A stretch of DNA of 64,000 nucleotides from an uncultured Chloroflexia bacterium (GCA_963813535.1 CAWEZH010000002.1:320001-384000), one strand, 5' to 3'. Counted from the first letter of the stretch, positions 37,796 to 47,691 are shown. Notes: generated by a model not told the origin, from the letters alone. A program made the numbers and translations.

Positions 37796-39523
37796 CTAGG
37801 CCGGCGGCGGGTTCAGGAACCCACCCCACAGGCCGGGGAAGTACTCGAACGCACCGGAGCGTCCGACGTGCAACGGATGCGACGCGTCCCACTGGGCCGC
37901 GTAGCTGAGGACCACGTCATTGGCGTCGAGATCGGCGCCGTCGTGGAACTTCACCCCGTCACGCAGTGTGCAGGTCCACGTTGTGAGGTCGTCGTTCGGC
38001 GCGCATTCGGTCGCGAGCGACGGCTCGACGGCCGTCCCGGCGACCTCGTACGCGTAGAGCGACTCGTTGATCTGCTCGCAGGCGCGGAGCGTCTCGCCAT
38101 CGGTCTCGTCGCCGCAGTAGAGGCTGAGAGGTTCGGCGTTCTGCATCCACACGAGCGTGTCGCGATCGGCCGCCTGCATGACCGAGAAGATCTCGGTGCT
38201 GAGCGGCGACGAGTGCGACCCGTCGACGTCGGCCTTGAAGACCGTGCCCGAGCCACCGTGCGCGACGATGACCGCCGGCGCGTGCTCCTTGATCAGGTTG
38301 TTGGCCTCGGTGTAGGCCGCCTGGCGCTCCGCATCGTCAGCGGTCTGCGCACCGCGATTGAGCGCATCGACGATGTCGGGGAAGGGGGTACCGAACTTCT
38401 TGCCGGAACCCGACCCGAAGTGGTAATCGAGGAAGTTCGTGGCGTCCGGGTAGTCCGCACCCCAACCGAGCAGGAAGATGCCGTCGAGCGTCCCCGCCGC
38501 GTTGGCGTCGAGGAATGCGCCGGACTCCTGCAGGTCGAGCTCGGTGTTGATGCCGAGGTTGTCCTTGAGCTGGCCCGCGATCTCCGTCGCGATCTGTGGC
38601 GGATCTGGCAGGTAGCCGCGCACGGCCTCCCGGAACTGCAGCTTGTAGGTCTTGGTGAAGTCGAAGCCGGCATCGGTCAGCATCTGCTTGGCCGCTGCGG
38701 CGTCGAAGCCCCACGTGTCATCGCCTTCGCACCCGAAGGGGATGGCGCATGGCGTGAAGTGGGTCGCGACCTCGGAGCCTTCCGGATAGAAGTTGGTCAC
38801 GAGCCGGTCCCGGTCGATGCCCATGGCGATCGCCTTGCGGACTTCCAGCTTGTCCCACGGCGCGACCGTGTTGTTGAAGCCGAGGAAGAAGGTGTTCAGG
38901 CCCTCGCGCTCGTTGAACTTCACGCTCGAGTCGGCCTTGATGGCCGCGATGTCATCGGTGCCCGGGTTGTCGATGCCGTCGACCGAGCCCGCCTGGAGCT
39001 CGAGCCAGCGCTGGGCTGCCTCATCGCTCCATCGAAACTCGACGTTGGGCGTCCGGGCGGCCTCGCCCCAGTAGCCGTCGAAGGCGTTGAGGACCAGGCG
39101 GTTGCCCTTCTCCCACGAACCGAGCTTGTAGGGCCCGGTGCCGTTCGGGTTGTCCAGGTACGACTTGTCGGCCGCGTGGGCCTCGAGGTACGCGGAATCC
39201 TGGATGCCGAACGCGCTGAACGCGACCTTCGAGAGGAACGCGACGTCCGGATTGCAGAGCTGGAATTCGACGGTCAGCCGATCGACCGCCGTGATCTTCT
39301 TGAACAGGCCCGTGTACGGATCGACGCCGCACGGGGCCTCTGCGTCGGCCGGATAGGCGGTGGCCTCGAAGGGGATCTCCGATGCCGATGGCGCGACGCT
39401 TGCTGATGCCTCACTCGAGGGCGCCACGCTCGCGGACGGCGTAGCCCCTGAACACGCGGCGATGATCGCCATGCTGCCGAGCAACACGACGAGCCGGCGC
39501 GGCAGGCTCGATGAACGAGTCAT
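37796..39523 (-). CDS. Family-5 ABC substrate-binding lipoprotein (DppA-like), apparently circularly permuted
   Basis: Lipobox IAAC; GTGPY, VRKAIAMGIDR, GWGADY; LRDGVKFHDG lies near the C-terminus; SD AGGAGGAG. Confidence 0.88.
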   Translation of the reverse strand: MTRSSSLPRRLVVLLGSMAIIAACSGATPSASVAPSSEASASVAPSASEIPFEATAYPADAEAPCGVDPYTGLFKKITAVDRLTVEFQLCNPDVAFLSKVAFSAFGIQDSAYLEAHAADKSYLDNPNGTGPYKLGSWEKGNRLVLNAFDGYWGEAARTPNVEFRWSDEAAQRWLELQAGSVDGIDNPGTDDIAAIKADSSVKFNEREGLNTFFLGFNNTVAPWDKLEVRKAIAMGIDRDRLVTNFYPEGSEVATHFTPCAIPFGCEGDDTWGFDAAAAKQMLTDAGFDFTKTYKLQFREAVRGYLPDPPQIATEIAGQLKDNLGINTELDLQESGAFLDANAAGTLDGIFLLGWGADYPDATNFLDYHFGSGSGKKFGTPFPDIVDALNRGAQTADDAERQAAYTEANNLIKEHAPAVIVAHGGSGTVFKADVDGSHSSPLSTEIFSVMQAADRDTLVWMQNAEPLSLYCGDETDGETLRACEQINESLYAYEVAGTAVEPSLATECAPNDDLTTWTCTLRDGVKFHDGADLDANDVVLSYAAQWDASHPLHVGRSGAFEYFPGLWGGFLNPPPA

Positions 39524-39681
39524 GCGCTGGTTCTCCTCCTATCAGTCCCGGTGGTCGCCCGTCAGCCTCCCTGGGCCGATCCATCTGGGACATGGTTCGA
39601 CGCCGGCGGTCTAACGGGACCGTTCCGGCGACGGTGCGCGGGAACCTTAGCACTGGCATACGCGGGTTGCCTAGGGGTTCG

Positions 39682-41460
39682 TCAGGGCTCCACGGGTGGG
39701 TGGAGGAAGCCGCCGAACCGATCCACGAACCCCTGGAATATGCCCTGCCGGCCGTGATGCAGCGGATGGGCCGCATCCCAGCGCATCGCGTACGACAGGA
39801 CGACGTCGTTGGCGTCGAGGACCGACCCGTCGTGGAACCGGACGCCCTTCCTCAGCGTGCACGTCCAGATGATCAGGTCGTCATCGGGCGTGCAGCGTTC
39901 GGCGAGGGACGGCGAGAGTGCGGGTTCCGGCAGATCGTGGCGATAGAGCGACTCGGACAGCTGGGCGCAGACGCGCAATGCGACGTCGTCGCTCTCGTCG
40001 GCACAGAAGAGGCTGCCCGGCCGGTCGTGCTGCATGTAGACGAACTGGCTTCGGTCGCCAGGCACGACCGACATGAAGCGATCCGTCGAGGTCGCGCTCG
40101 CCTGCTTGCCCTCCACGTCCGTGCGGAAGGCGCCGGCCGAGCCGACGTGCGCCAGCGGGATCATCGGGACGTGGCGCCGCAGAAGGTCGTTCACGCCGCG
40201 ATAGCCCTTGGCGCGGGCCTTCGGATCGACCACTCGCCCGCGCTCCAGCCAACCGTGGATGTCGTCGAATCAATTCCCGAACTGCAGGCTGGCGCCCGGT
40301 CCGAAATGGCTTTCGAGCAGGAGGCTCGCGTCCGGGTACCGAGCACGCGCGCCGAGCAGGTAAAACCCGTCGAGCCGTCCGGCATCGGCCTCCGCGACCA
40401 GCTCGTCGAACGGCATCGGCTTGAGCGTGGTCGTGATGCCGAGGCGCTCCTTCAGCTGGGCCTGGAGCGCCAGGGCCGTCCCGTTCGGGTCGGGCAGATA
40501 GTCACGGGGCTCGTCGGGGAAGCTGATGGTCGAGGCGAAGCCTTCGTCGAAGCCCACCTGGGCCAGCAGGTCGCGCGCCGCCTCGGGATCCAGCTCCGGC
40601 CATCCGGCGCCGCCACAGCCGTATGGGATCGCGCAGGGCAGGAAGTGGCTGGCGACCTGGGTCCCCGGCGGGAAGCCGGCGCTCACGATGGCCGGACGGT
40701 CGATGCCGATGGCGATCGCTCGCCGAACGGTCTCGTTATCGAACGGGGCGAACCGATTGTCGAACCCGATGTACGCGACATTCATGCCCTGCCGGGGCGC
40801 GAGCGTGAGGTCGGGGTTGGCATCGACGGCCTCGATGTCCCCCGGTGCGACGACGTCGATGGCATCCACGGAACCCTCACGCAGCTTGGACAGCCGCTGG
40901 CCCGCGTCGGACTCCGCGACGAAGATGACGTCGCTGCTCCGTGCGCGATCGCCCCAGTAGTCATCGGTCCGGGTGAGGGCGACATCGCCGTTGCCGTCCC
41001 ATGCGTTCAGGCGGTACGGACCCGTGCCGTTCACCTCGGTGAGGATGCGCGGTCGCTCGGCTGTCGGGTCGATCCGCCCCTGCAGCCAGGCCGTATCGTC
41101 GATGGCCAGCGTGGGCGACGCGATCTTGGCCAGGAACGCCGGGTCGGCGTCGCACAGCTGGAACACGACCGTCTGGGCGTCCTTTGCGTGGATACGCCGC
41201 ATGGAGCCCTCATACGGGCCGTAGGCGGGATCGGCGCTGGCCGGCTCCTCGCACGGGGCCGGGCCGTCGACCGGGTAGGCCATCGGCTTGAACGGGCCGC
41301 TGCTCGGCGGCGCGCTGGGAAATGCCGCGCTGCCGCTCGGGTCGGGGAGCCGGGTGGTGTCGGGGCCGGTCGAGGGGCTCGGCCCAGCGCAGCCGACGAT
41401 CACGATGATCGCCACCATGCCGGCCGCCACCAGACGCCCGGGCCATGGTCGTCGTGACAT
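39682..41460 (-). pseudogene. Paralogous family-5 binding lipoprotein interrupted by an in-frame TGA (40270-40272)
   Basis: ORFs 40270-41460 and 39682-40233 are in the same frame and together align end to end with 37796-39523. Confidence 0.75.
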
Positions 41461-41501
41461 CGGGTCCTAGCCTAGCATCGGCTTCGCGTATGCTCGCCCG
41501 C

Positions 41502-42470
41502 ATGGACTCCGTGCGCGTGGCTCTCGCGCAGATCGCGCCGACGCTCGGTCAGCTCGATGTGAACCTCGCACGCCATCACGAGCTGATCGAGGAAGCCCGC
41601 TCGAAGGGCGCGAACCTCGTGGTCTTCCCGGAGCTCGGGCTGACCGGTTACCAGCTCCAGGACCTCGCATCGGAGGTCGCGCTGCGGCTCGACGACCCGC
41701 GACTGGCCGATCTGGCCGATGCGACCCGCGACCTGTCGGTCATCGTGTCCTTCGTCGAGGAATCGGCCGACCACCGGCTGTTCATCGCTGCCGCGTTGCT
41801 CGAGGACGGCGAGCTCCGCCACGTTCACCGCAAGGCGTTCCTGCCGACCTACGGGTTGTTCGACGAGCGCCGGTTCTTCGCCCATGGCGACATGCTCCGC
41901 GCGGTCCCCTCGAGACTCGGGCTCGGCGTCGGCATCGCCATCTGCGAGGACTTCTGGCACCTGGCCGTCCCCCAGATCCTCGCCCTGGACGGCGCCCAGA
42001 TCCTCATCAACGTGTCGTCGTCGCCCGGCCGCGACCTCGCGGCGACCAATGAGGTCGGACTCGGTACCGCGACGTCGTGGCGGACCCTGATGCGGACCTA
42101 TGCCCAATTGACCACGTCGTTCGTGATCTTCTGCAATCGCGTCGGTGTCGACGAGTCGATCTCGTTCTGGGGCGGCTCGGAGATCATCGCCCCGAACGGA
42201 GCCGCCCTCCTGTCGGCGCCGCTCTACGACGAGGGCTTGTTCGTGGCCGACATCGCGACCGCGGACATCCGCCGGGAACGCATCGGCCTGCCGCTCCTTC
42301 GCGACGAGCGCCCCGAATTCCAGGTCCGCGAACTGTCGAGGATCGTCGATGAGCGGGCGGGTCTGGCGCGTGACTCCACGAGTGACCCCGACGCCGAGGC
42401 GGGACTGGACGTGGCGGCCGGCGACCGAACCCCGCGGCCCATCGGCTTCCGTCGGAGCGCCGGCGGATGA
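41502..42470 (+). CDS. Nitrilase-family amidohydrolase; likely glutaminase subunit of NAD synthetase
   Basis: Glu-Lys-Cys triad (VFPEL, HRK..LPTY..FDE.R.F, ICEDFW); ATGA overlap with nadE; -10 TATGCT 7 nt before the ATG. Confidence 0.85.
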   Translation: MDSVRVALAQIAPTLGQLDVNLARHHELIEEARSKGANLVVFPELGLTGYQLQDLASEVALRLDDPRLADLADATRDLSVIVSFVEESADHRLFIAAALLEDGELRHVHRKAFLPTYGLFDERRFFAHGDMLRAVPSRLGLGVGIAICEDFWHLAVPQILALDGAQILINVSSSPGRDLAATNEVGLGTATSWRTLMRTYAQLTTSFVIFCNRVGVDESISFWGGSEIIAPNGAALLSAPLYDEGLFVADIATADIRRERIGLPLLRDERPEFQVRELSRIVDERAGLARDSTSDPDAEAGLDVAAGDRTPRPIGFRRSAGG

Positions 42471-43327
42471 CCGCGCCGCCGGCCTTCGAGCTGCCCACCG
42501 AGCTCGCGATCGACACGGACGTCGCGCGGCGGATCATCGGCGAGTTCATCCGTGGCCAGCTCCGGCAGGCGGGCTTCGAGCGAGCCGTCCTCGGCCTGTC
42601 CGGCGGGATCGATTCGGCGCTCGTGGCGTATCTCACCGCCGAAGCGATCGGGGCCGACCGGCTGCTGTGTGTGCTGATGCCGTACCGGACCTCAGCGCCT
42701 GCTTCCCAAGGGGATGCCGAGGAAGTCGTGCGGATGCTGGGCTGCACGTCCGAGCTGGTCGACATCACGCCGATGGTCGAGGGGTACTTCGGATCGGACA
42801 CGGAAGCCTCATCGCTCCGGCGCGGCAACTTCATGGCTCGCATGCGCATGGCGGTGCTGTACGACCGATCGGTCACCTGGGGCGGGCTGGTCGTCGGGAC
42901 GGGCAACAAGACCGAGTCCCTGATCGGCTACACGACGCTCTTCGGCGACAACGCGTGCGCCTTCAACCCGATCGGTGACCTGTACAAGAGCCAGGTCCGC
43001 CAGCTTGCCGCGGCCATCGGCGTGCCCGACGAGATCCTCCGCAAGGCGCCCTCGGCCGACCTGTGGCCCGGCCAGACCGACGAGGCCGAGTCCGGCTTCG
43101 ACTACCCGACCCTGGACCGGCTCCTGTTCTGGCGGATCGACAAGCGCCGGTCGATCGACGAGGTCGTCGCGCTCGGGTTCCCACGCGAGATGGTCGAGCG
43201 GGTCGACCGGATGGTGGCCGGTGCCGAGTTCAAGCGGCAGGTCCCGCCGATCGCCAAGCTCGGACCTCGGACCGCGGGCGTCGACTACCTGTACCCACGC
43301 CGGCGCCCGGGTTCGGCGCGCGAGTGA
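42467..43327 (+). CDS. nadE: NAD+ synthetase (synthetase domain only)
   Basis: LSGGIDS, GN..AR.RM, GTGNKTE, GY.T..GD, KAPSADLW.GQTDE. Confidence 0.94.
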   Translation: MTAPPAFELPTELAIDTDVARRIIGEFIRGQLRQAGFERAVLGLSGGIDSALVAYLTAEAIGADRLLCVLMPYRTSAPASQGDAEEVVRMLGCTSELVDITPMVEGYFGSDTEASSLRRGNFMARMRMAVLYDRSVTWGGLVVGTGNKTESLIGYTTLFGDNACAFNPIGDLYKSQVRQLAAAIGVPDEILRKAPSADLWPGQTDEAESGFDYPTLDRLLFWRIDKRRSIDEVVALGFPREMVERVDRMVAGAEFKRQVPPIAKLGPRTAGVDYLYPRRRPGSARE

Positions 43328-44187
43328 CCGCGGGCCCTGGCGGCACGCTGTACGTCGTCGCCACGCCCATCGGCAATCTGTCCGACATCACGCTCCGGGC
43401 GATCGAGGTGCTGGGTGCTGTGCCACTGATCGCCGCCGAGGACACGCGGCTGACAAAGCGGCTGCTCCAGCGACACGGGATCGACACGCGGCTCACCAGC
43501 TACCACGCTCGGAGCCCCGCCAGCCGCCTCGACGCGCTCATGGCCCACCTGCGCGCGGGCAAGGACTTGGCCCTCGTGACCGATGCCGGCACGCCCGCCG
43601 TGAGCGACCCAGGCGCCGACCTCGTGGCGGCCTGGGCCGGGGAGGACGGCAGCGTCGTGCCGATCCCGGGCGCATCGGCCGTGCTGGCGGCAGTGGCTGC
43701 GTCGGGTGTCGCAGGGCCACGCTGGGCGTTCGAAGGATTCCTGCCTCGGAGCGGGCGCGATCGGAGGGACCGGTTGGCAGCCATCGCGGGCGATCCGCGC
43801 GGGACCGTGCTGTTCGAGGCGCCCGGGCGGGCGGCCGCGACCCTGCGCGACCTGGCGACGGTCTGCGCGACCGAGCGACAGGGCGCCGTCGCGCGGGAGC
43901 TCACGAAGCTCCACGAGCAGATCGTGCGAGGCTCGTTGAGGGATCTGGCCACCGCGGCGGCCGATGGCAGGATCCCGGCCCGTGGCGAGTTCGTGCTCAT
44001 CGTCGGGATGGGCGACGTGGCCGATGCCGGCAGCCGTTCGGGCGATGCCGAAGCGGCCCTCGACGCGGCGCGCGCAGACGTCGAACGGCTCGTCTCGGAG
44101 GGGGTGGCGCGAGGCGACGCCGCGCGCAGGGTGGCAGCGCAGACAGGCCTGCCGCGTCGACGTCTGTATGGCCTGACGGACGTGTAA
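43324..44187 (+). CDS. rsmI: 16S rRNA C1402 2'-O-methyltransferase
   Basis: LYVVATPIGNL.DIT.RA, AEDTR, DAGTP.VSDPG, RELTKLHE. Confidence 0.94.
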   Translation: MTAGPGGTLYVVATPIGNLSDITLRAIEVLGAVPLIAAEDTRLTKRLLQRHGIDTRLTSYHARSPASRLDALMAHLRAGKDLALVTDAGTPAVSDPGADLVAAWAGEDGSVVPIPGASAVLAAVAASGVAGPRWAFEGFLPRSGRDRRDRLAAIAGDPRGTVLFEAPGRAAATLRDLATVCATERQGAVARELTKLHEQIVRGSLRDLATAAADGRIPARGEFVLIVGMGDVADAGSRSGDAEAALDAARADVERLVSEGVARGDAARRVAAQTGLPRRRLYGLTDV

Positions 44188-44197
44188 TGTTGACCCG

Positions 44198-44899
44198 ATG
44201 ACAGCGGCCACCATGCCCCGGTCGACCTCATCGCGGATCCCCCTCTCCTACGTCGTCGCGCTGGTGCCGGTCGGCGCTGCGCTGAACGTCGTCGGGGGCA
44301 CGATCAACACCGCGCTCGGGTTGCCGACATTCCTCGACATGATCGGCACGGCCGTCGTGGCGATCCTCCTGGGACCGTGGTGGGGAGCGCTGGTCGCCGT
44401 CATGGGCAACGTGAGTGGGGCGTTCTTCACCGGACCCGTGGGGGTCCCCTTCGCGCTGGTCAACGTCGCCGGGGCCCTGGTCTGGGGCTATGGGGTGCGT
44501 TCCTTCGGCATGGGCGCCACCGCGACGCGGTTCTTCGTGCTCAATGTGATCGTCGCTCTGGTCACATCGGCCATCGCGGCACCCATCGTGGTGTTCCTGT
44601 TCGGTGGCGCGACCGGTCATTCGTCGGATGTGTTGACGGCCGCGTTCGTGCAGGCGGGTCGCAACGTGCTCGCCGCGGCGTTCGCCTCGAGCATCATCGT
44701 GTCGCTGGCCGACAAGATCATCAGCGGGTTCCTGGCCCTCGCCATCATCGATGCGCTGCCGGCCGAGATGAGCCGCGGCCTGCGCCTGCCTGGACCGACG
44801 GCTACAGGTCGCCTTGCCGTGGCGATCGGCGGCGTCGTCATCGGTGCCGCGATGGTGGCGGTGTACCTGTTCCTCACGCCCCCCGCGCCACCGGCCTGA
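44198..44899 (+). CDS. ECF transporter substrate-specific S component
   Basis: Hydrophobic, about 230 aa, FLDMIGT....LLGPWWG and DK motifs; heads an A-A'-T gene set; -10 TAATGT 7 nt before the ATG. Confidence 0.85.
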   Translation: MTAATMPRSTSSRIPLSYVVALVPVGAALNVVGGTINTALGLPTFLDMIGTAVVAILLGPWWGALVAVMGNVSGAFFTGPVGVPFALVNVAGALVWGYGVRSFGMGATATRFFVLNVIVALVTSAIAAPIVVFLFGGATGHSSDVLTAAFVQAGRNVLAAAFASSIIVSLADKIISGFLALAIIDALPAEMSRGLRLPGPTATGRLAVAIGGVVIGAAMVAVYLFLTPPAPPA

Positions 44900-45099
44900 T
44901 GGATCGGACCGTCGGACCGCGCGACGGCCTCGGCGCGGGCATCATCGCGCTCGGGATCCTTGCGATCGCGATGCCCTTCGCCGTCGACGGCCTGGTCGAC
45001 ACACCCGATCAGACCGCGCTCGTGCTTGCCGGGATGAGCGTCCTGCTCGGCATCTTCGTCGTCATCGCGGGTCTCCTCTCGTTCCGCATCCGGGACTGA
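44899..45099 (+). CDS. Small hypothetical membrane protein (66 aa, 2 TM helices)
   Basis: TGATG coupling to the S gene; two hydrophobic stretches; GC3-rich codons. Confidence 0.7.
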   Translation: MDRTVGPRDGLGAGIIALGILAIAMPFAVDGLVDTPDQTALVLAGMSVLLGIFVVIAGLLSFRIRD

Positions 45100-45121
45100 A
45101 CCCGCAGATCCGGCGATACCG

Positions 45122-45964
45122 GTGACCGACGCCCCGATCGTCTCGATCGTCGACCTGAGCGTCACGTACGCGGGAGCCGACACGCCTGCGCTCCGCGGCG
45201 TGGACCTTCGCATCGGGGCCGGAGAGGCGGTCGGCATCGTCGGCCTGAACGGGGCCGGCAAGACGACCCTGGCCCTGACTCTCAACGGGGTCGTCCCGCA
45301 GCTGCTCCCGGCGGACATCCAGGGCACGGTCGTCGTGGCGGGCAAGGATGCGACGACGACACCGGTGCGGGAGATGGCGCGGACCGTCGGCATCGTGTTC
45401 GACGATCCCGAGTTCCAGCTGAGCCAGGCGACCGTCGCCGACGAGATCGCGCTCGGCCTCGAAGGTCTGGCGGTGTCGTCCGACGAGATGCCGAGCCGCA
45501 TCGATCGCGCGTTGACGGCGGTCGGGCTCGCCGGGCTCGAGGAGCGCTCGCCGCTGGCCCTGTCGGGTGGACAGCAGCAGCGAGTGGCGATCGCCGCCGT
45601 CCTCGCGATGGAGCCGAGGGTGCTGGTCATGGACGAGCCGACGTCGCACCTGGATCCAGCGGGGACGGCCGACGTGTTCGCCATCGCCCACAGGCTCAAT
45701 CGGGACGATGGGATGACGGTCATCGTCGCCGAGCATGACGTCGAGGCCCTTGCTGGCTTCGCCGACCGGATCGTCGTGCTCGACGCCGGTCGCGTCGTGC
45801 TGCAGGGATCGCCGGCCGAGGTGTTCGGGGCGATCGACCAGCTCACGGCGCTCGGCCTGCGACCACCGCAGGTCACCGCATTCGCGCGAGCGATCGACCG
45901 GGCCGCGCAACGGCTACCGGTGACGGTGGCGGAGACCCTCGCCTGGCTGGAGTCCGGGCGATGA
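45122..45964 (+). CDS. ECF transporter ATPase (A component)
   Basis: GLNGAGKTT, LSGGQQQR, DEPTSHLDP, EHD. Confidence 0.9.
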   Translation: MTDAPIVSIVDLSVTYAGADTPALRGVDLRIGAGEAVGIVGLNGAGKTTLALTLNGVVPQLLPADIQGTVVVAGKDATTTPVREMARTVGIVFDDPEFQLSQATVADEIALGLEGLAVSSDEMPSRIDRALTAVGLAGLEERSPLALSGGQQQRVAIAAVLAMEPRVLVMDEPTSHLDPAGTADVFAIAHRLNRDDGMTVIVAEHDVEALAGFADRIVVLDAGRVVLQGSPAEVFGAIDQLTALGLRPPQVTAFARAIDRAAQRLPVTVAETLAWLESGR

Positions 45965-46788
45965 CCGTGCACGCACCCATCGTCGCGATCGATGATCTCG
46001 GCTTCGCCTATCCCGATGGCACGGTGGCGCTCGATGCCGTGTCGCTCGCGATCGACCCGGGATCCGTCGTCGCTGTCGTGGGGCAGAACGGGTCGGGCAA
46101 GACGACACTTGCCAAGCACCTCAACGGGTTGCTGCGACCGAGCTCGGGACGGGTCGTCGTCGACGGCCTGGACACGACCGCCCATCCCGTGCGAAGCATG
46201 GCCGGCCACGTCGGGTACGTGTTCCAGAACCCGGCTCACCAGCTCTTCGCACGCACGGTCGCCGACGAGCTGGGGTTCGGTCCCCGGAACCTTGGCGTGG
46301 CGCCCGCCGAGATCGAGGCGCGCATCGCGGTGGTCGCCCGCTCCCTTGGCCTCGAGACCCACCTCGACGCGCACCCGCATCGGCTGCCATCGGCCATCCG
46401 GAAGCTCGTCAGCATCGGCTCCGTCCTGACCATGCGGACACCGGTCCTCGTCCTCGATGAGCCGACGACTGGTCAGGACCATCGAACGGCGGATCGCATC
46501 GCAGGCGTCATCCGGGACGTGCGCGCCGCGGGAACGACCGTCGTCGCCGTCTCGCACGACATGGCATTGGTCGCCGACATCGCCGACCGGGTCGTCGTCC
46601 TCGATGCCGGTCGCGTCGTCGCCGATGGGCTGCCGCGGACCGTGTTGTCGGATCGGGCACTGGCGTCATCGACGCGTCTGACGCCGCCGCAGATCACACA
46701 GCTGGCGATGGCGTTGCCTGGACGAGCGGGTCGGGAGGCCGTGCTCACCGTCGGGGAGCTGGTGGCCGAGGTCCGCGGCGCGCGATGA
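45961..46788 (+). CDS. ECF transporter ATPase (A' component)
   Basis: GQNGSGKTT, VFQNP, LDEPTTGQD, SHD; ABC signature degenerate. Confidence 0.9.
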   Translation: MTVHAPIVAIDDLGFAYPDGTVALDAVSLAIDPGSVVAVVGQNGSGKTTLAKHLNGLLRPSSGRVVVDGLDTTAHPVRSMAGHVGYVFQNPAHQLFARTVADELGFGPRNLGVAPAEIEARIAVVARSLGLETHLDAHPHRLPSAIRKLVSIGSVLTMRTPVLVLDEPTTGQDHRTADRIAGVIRDVRAAGTTVVAVSHDMALVADIADRVVVLDAGRVVADGLPRTVLSDRALASSTRLTPPQITQLAMALPGRAGREAVLTVGELVAEVRGAR

Positions 46789-47681
46789 CGAGTGCCATCG
46801 GGCCGGTCTTCGCCGCCGAGCGGGGGTCGTCGTGGCTCCACCGGCTCGACCCGCTGGTGAAGTTGACGTGGCTCCTGGCCGTCGTCGTCGTGGCCTTCGC
46901 CACATTCGACCCGGTCCCGCTGTACACGATGGCCGTGCTGGGCCTGCTCGTCGCGGTGAGCGCCGGTGTCGGGGCCCGAGTGGTCAGGATCCTGGCCATC
47001 TTCGTGCCCGTGACCGCGTCGATCCTCGTGATCCAGACGCTCGCGCCGACGGCCTGCGCGGGTGGCTGCACCCCGGTCGCCCAGCTCGGTCCGCTCACGC
47101 TGTACGCGGAGGGGACGATCCGCGGGCTGTCGCTGGTCGGACGACTGGTTGCGGTCGAGGCGGTGGCCCTGGCAGTCTTCCTGACCACCCACCCGAGCGA
47201 TCTCTTCGGGGCGCTCACCCGGCTGCGCGTCCCGTATGTCGTCAACCTGATGCTCTCGATGACCCTCCAGCTGGTCCCCATCCTCCAGCGCGAGTTCGCC
47301 ATCGTGCTGTCGGCACAGCGCGCCCGCGGGATGCGCGGATCCGGGTTCGCCGCGCTGCTGCCGTCGTTCGTGCCGGTCTTCGCCGGCGCGTTCCAACGGG
47401 TCCAGCAGCTCATGATCAGCCTCGAGTCGCGGGCATTCGGGTCGAGCCGGGAGCGGACGTCCTACCGGCATATCCGGACGGGTCCGCGCGAGAAGGCCGC
47501 CGCGCTGCTCGGCGTCGCGGCAGGCATCGTTGGGGCGATCGCGGGCCTGACCATCTGGAGCGCGGACCGCATGGCGGACGTGGTCGTACCCGCGCCGCTG
47601 GTCATCGGCGTGTTCGTGGTGGCCGCTACGCTGTTCGCCGGCGTGATCCTGCTCGGGATCCGGTCGATCGCTCGGGCGTAG
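46785..47681 (+). CDS. ECF transporter transmembrane T component
   Basis: LHRLDPLVK, TT.PSDL, AQRARG and LESRAF (paired X-Arg-X motifs). Confidence 0.88.
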   Translation: MTSAIGPVFAAERGSSWLHRLDPLVKLTWLLAVVVVAFATFDPVPLYTMAVLGLLVAVSAGVGARVVRILAIFVPVTASILVIQTLAPTACAGGCTPVAQLGPLTLYAEGTIRGLSLVGRLVAVEAVALAVFLTTHPSDLFGALTRLRVPYVVNLMLSMTLQLVPILQREFAIVLSAQRARGMRGSGFAALLPSFVPVFAGAFQRVQQLMISLESRAFGSSRERTSYRHIRTGPREKAAALLGVAAGIVGAIAGLTIWSADRMADVVVPAPLVIGVFVVAATLFAGVILLGIRSIARA

Positions 47682-47691
47682 GGAGGTGGCG

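Noticed and set aside
40270-40272. Selenocysteine recoding of the in-frame TGA
   Set aside because: The codon aligns with Pro, not Cys, in the paralogue, and I see no convincing SECIS.
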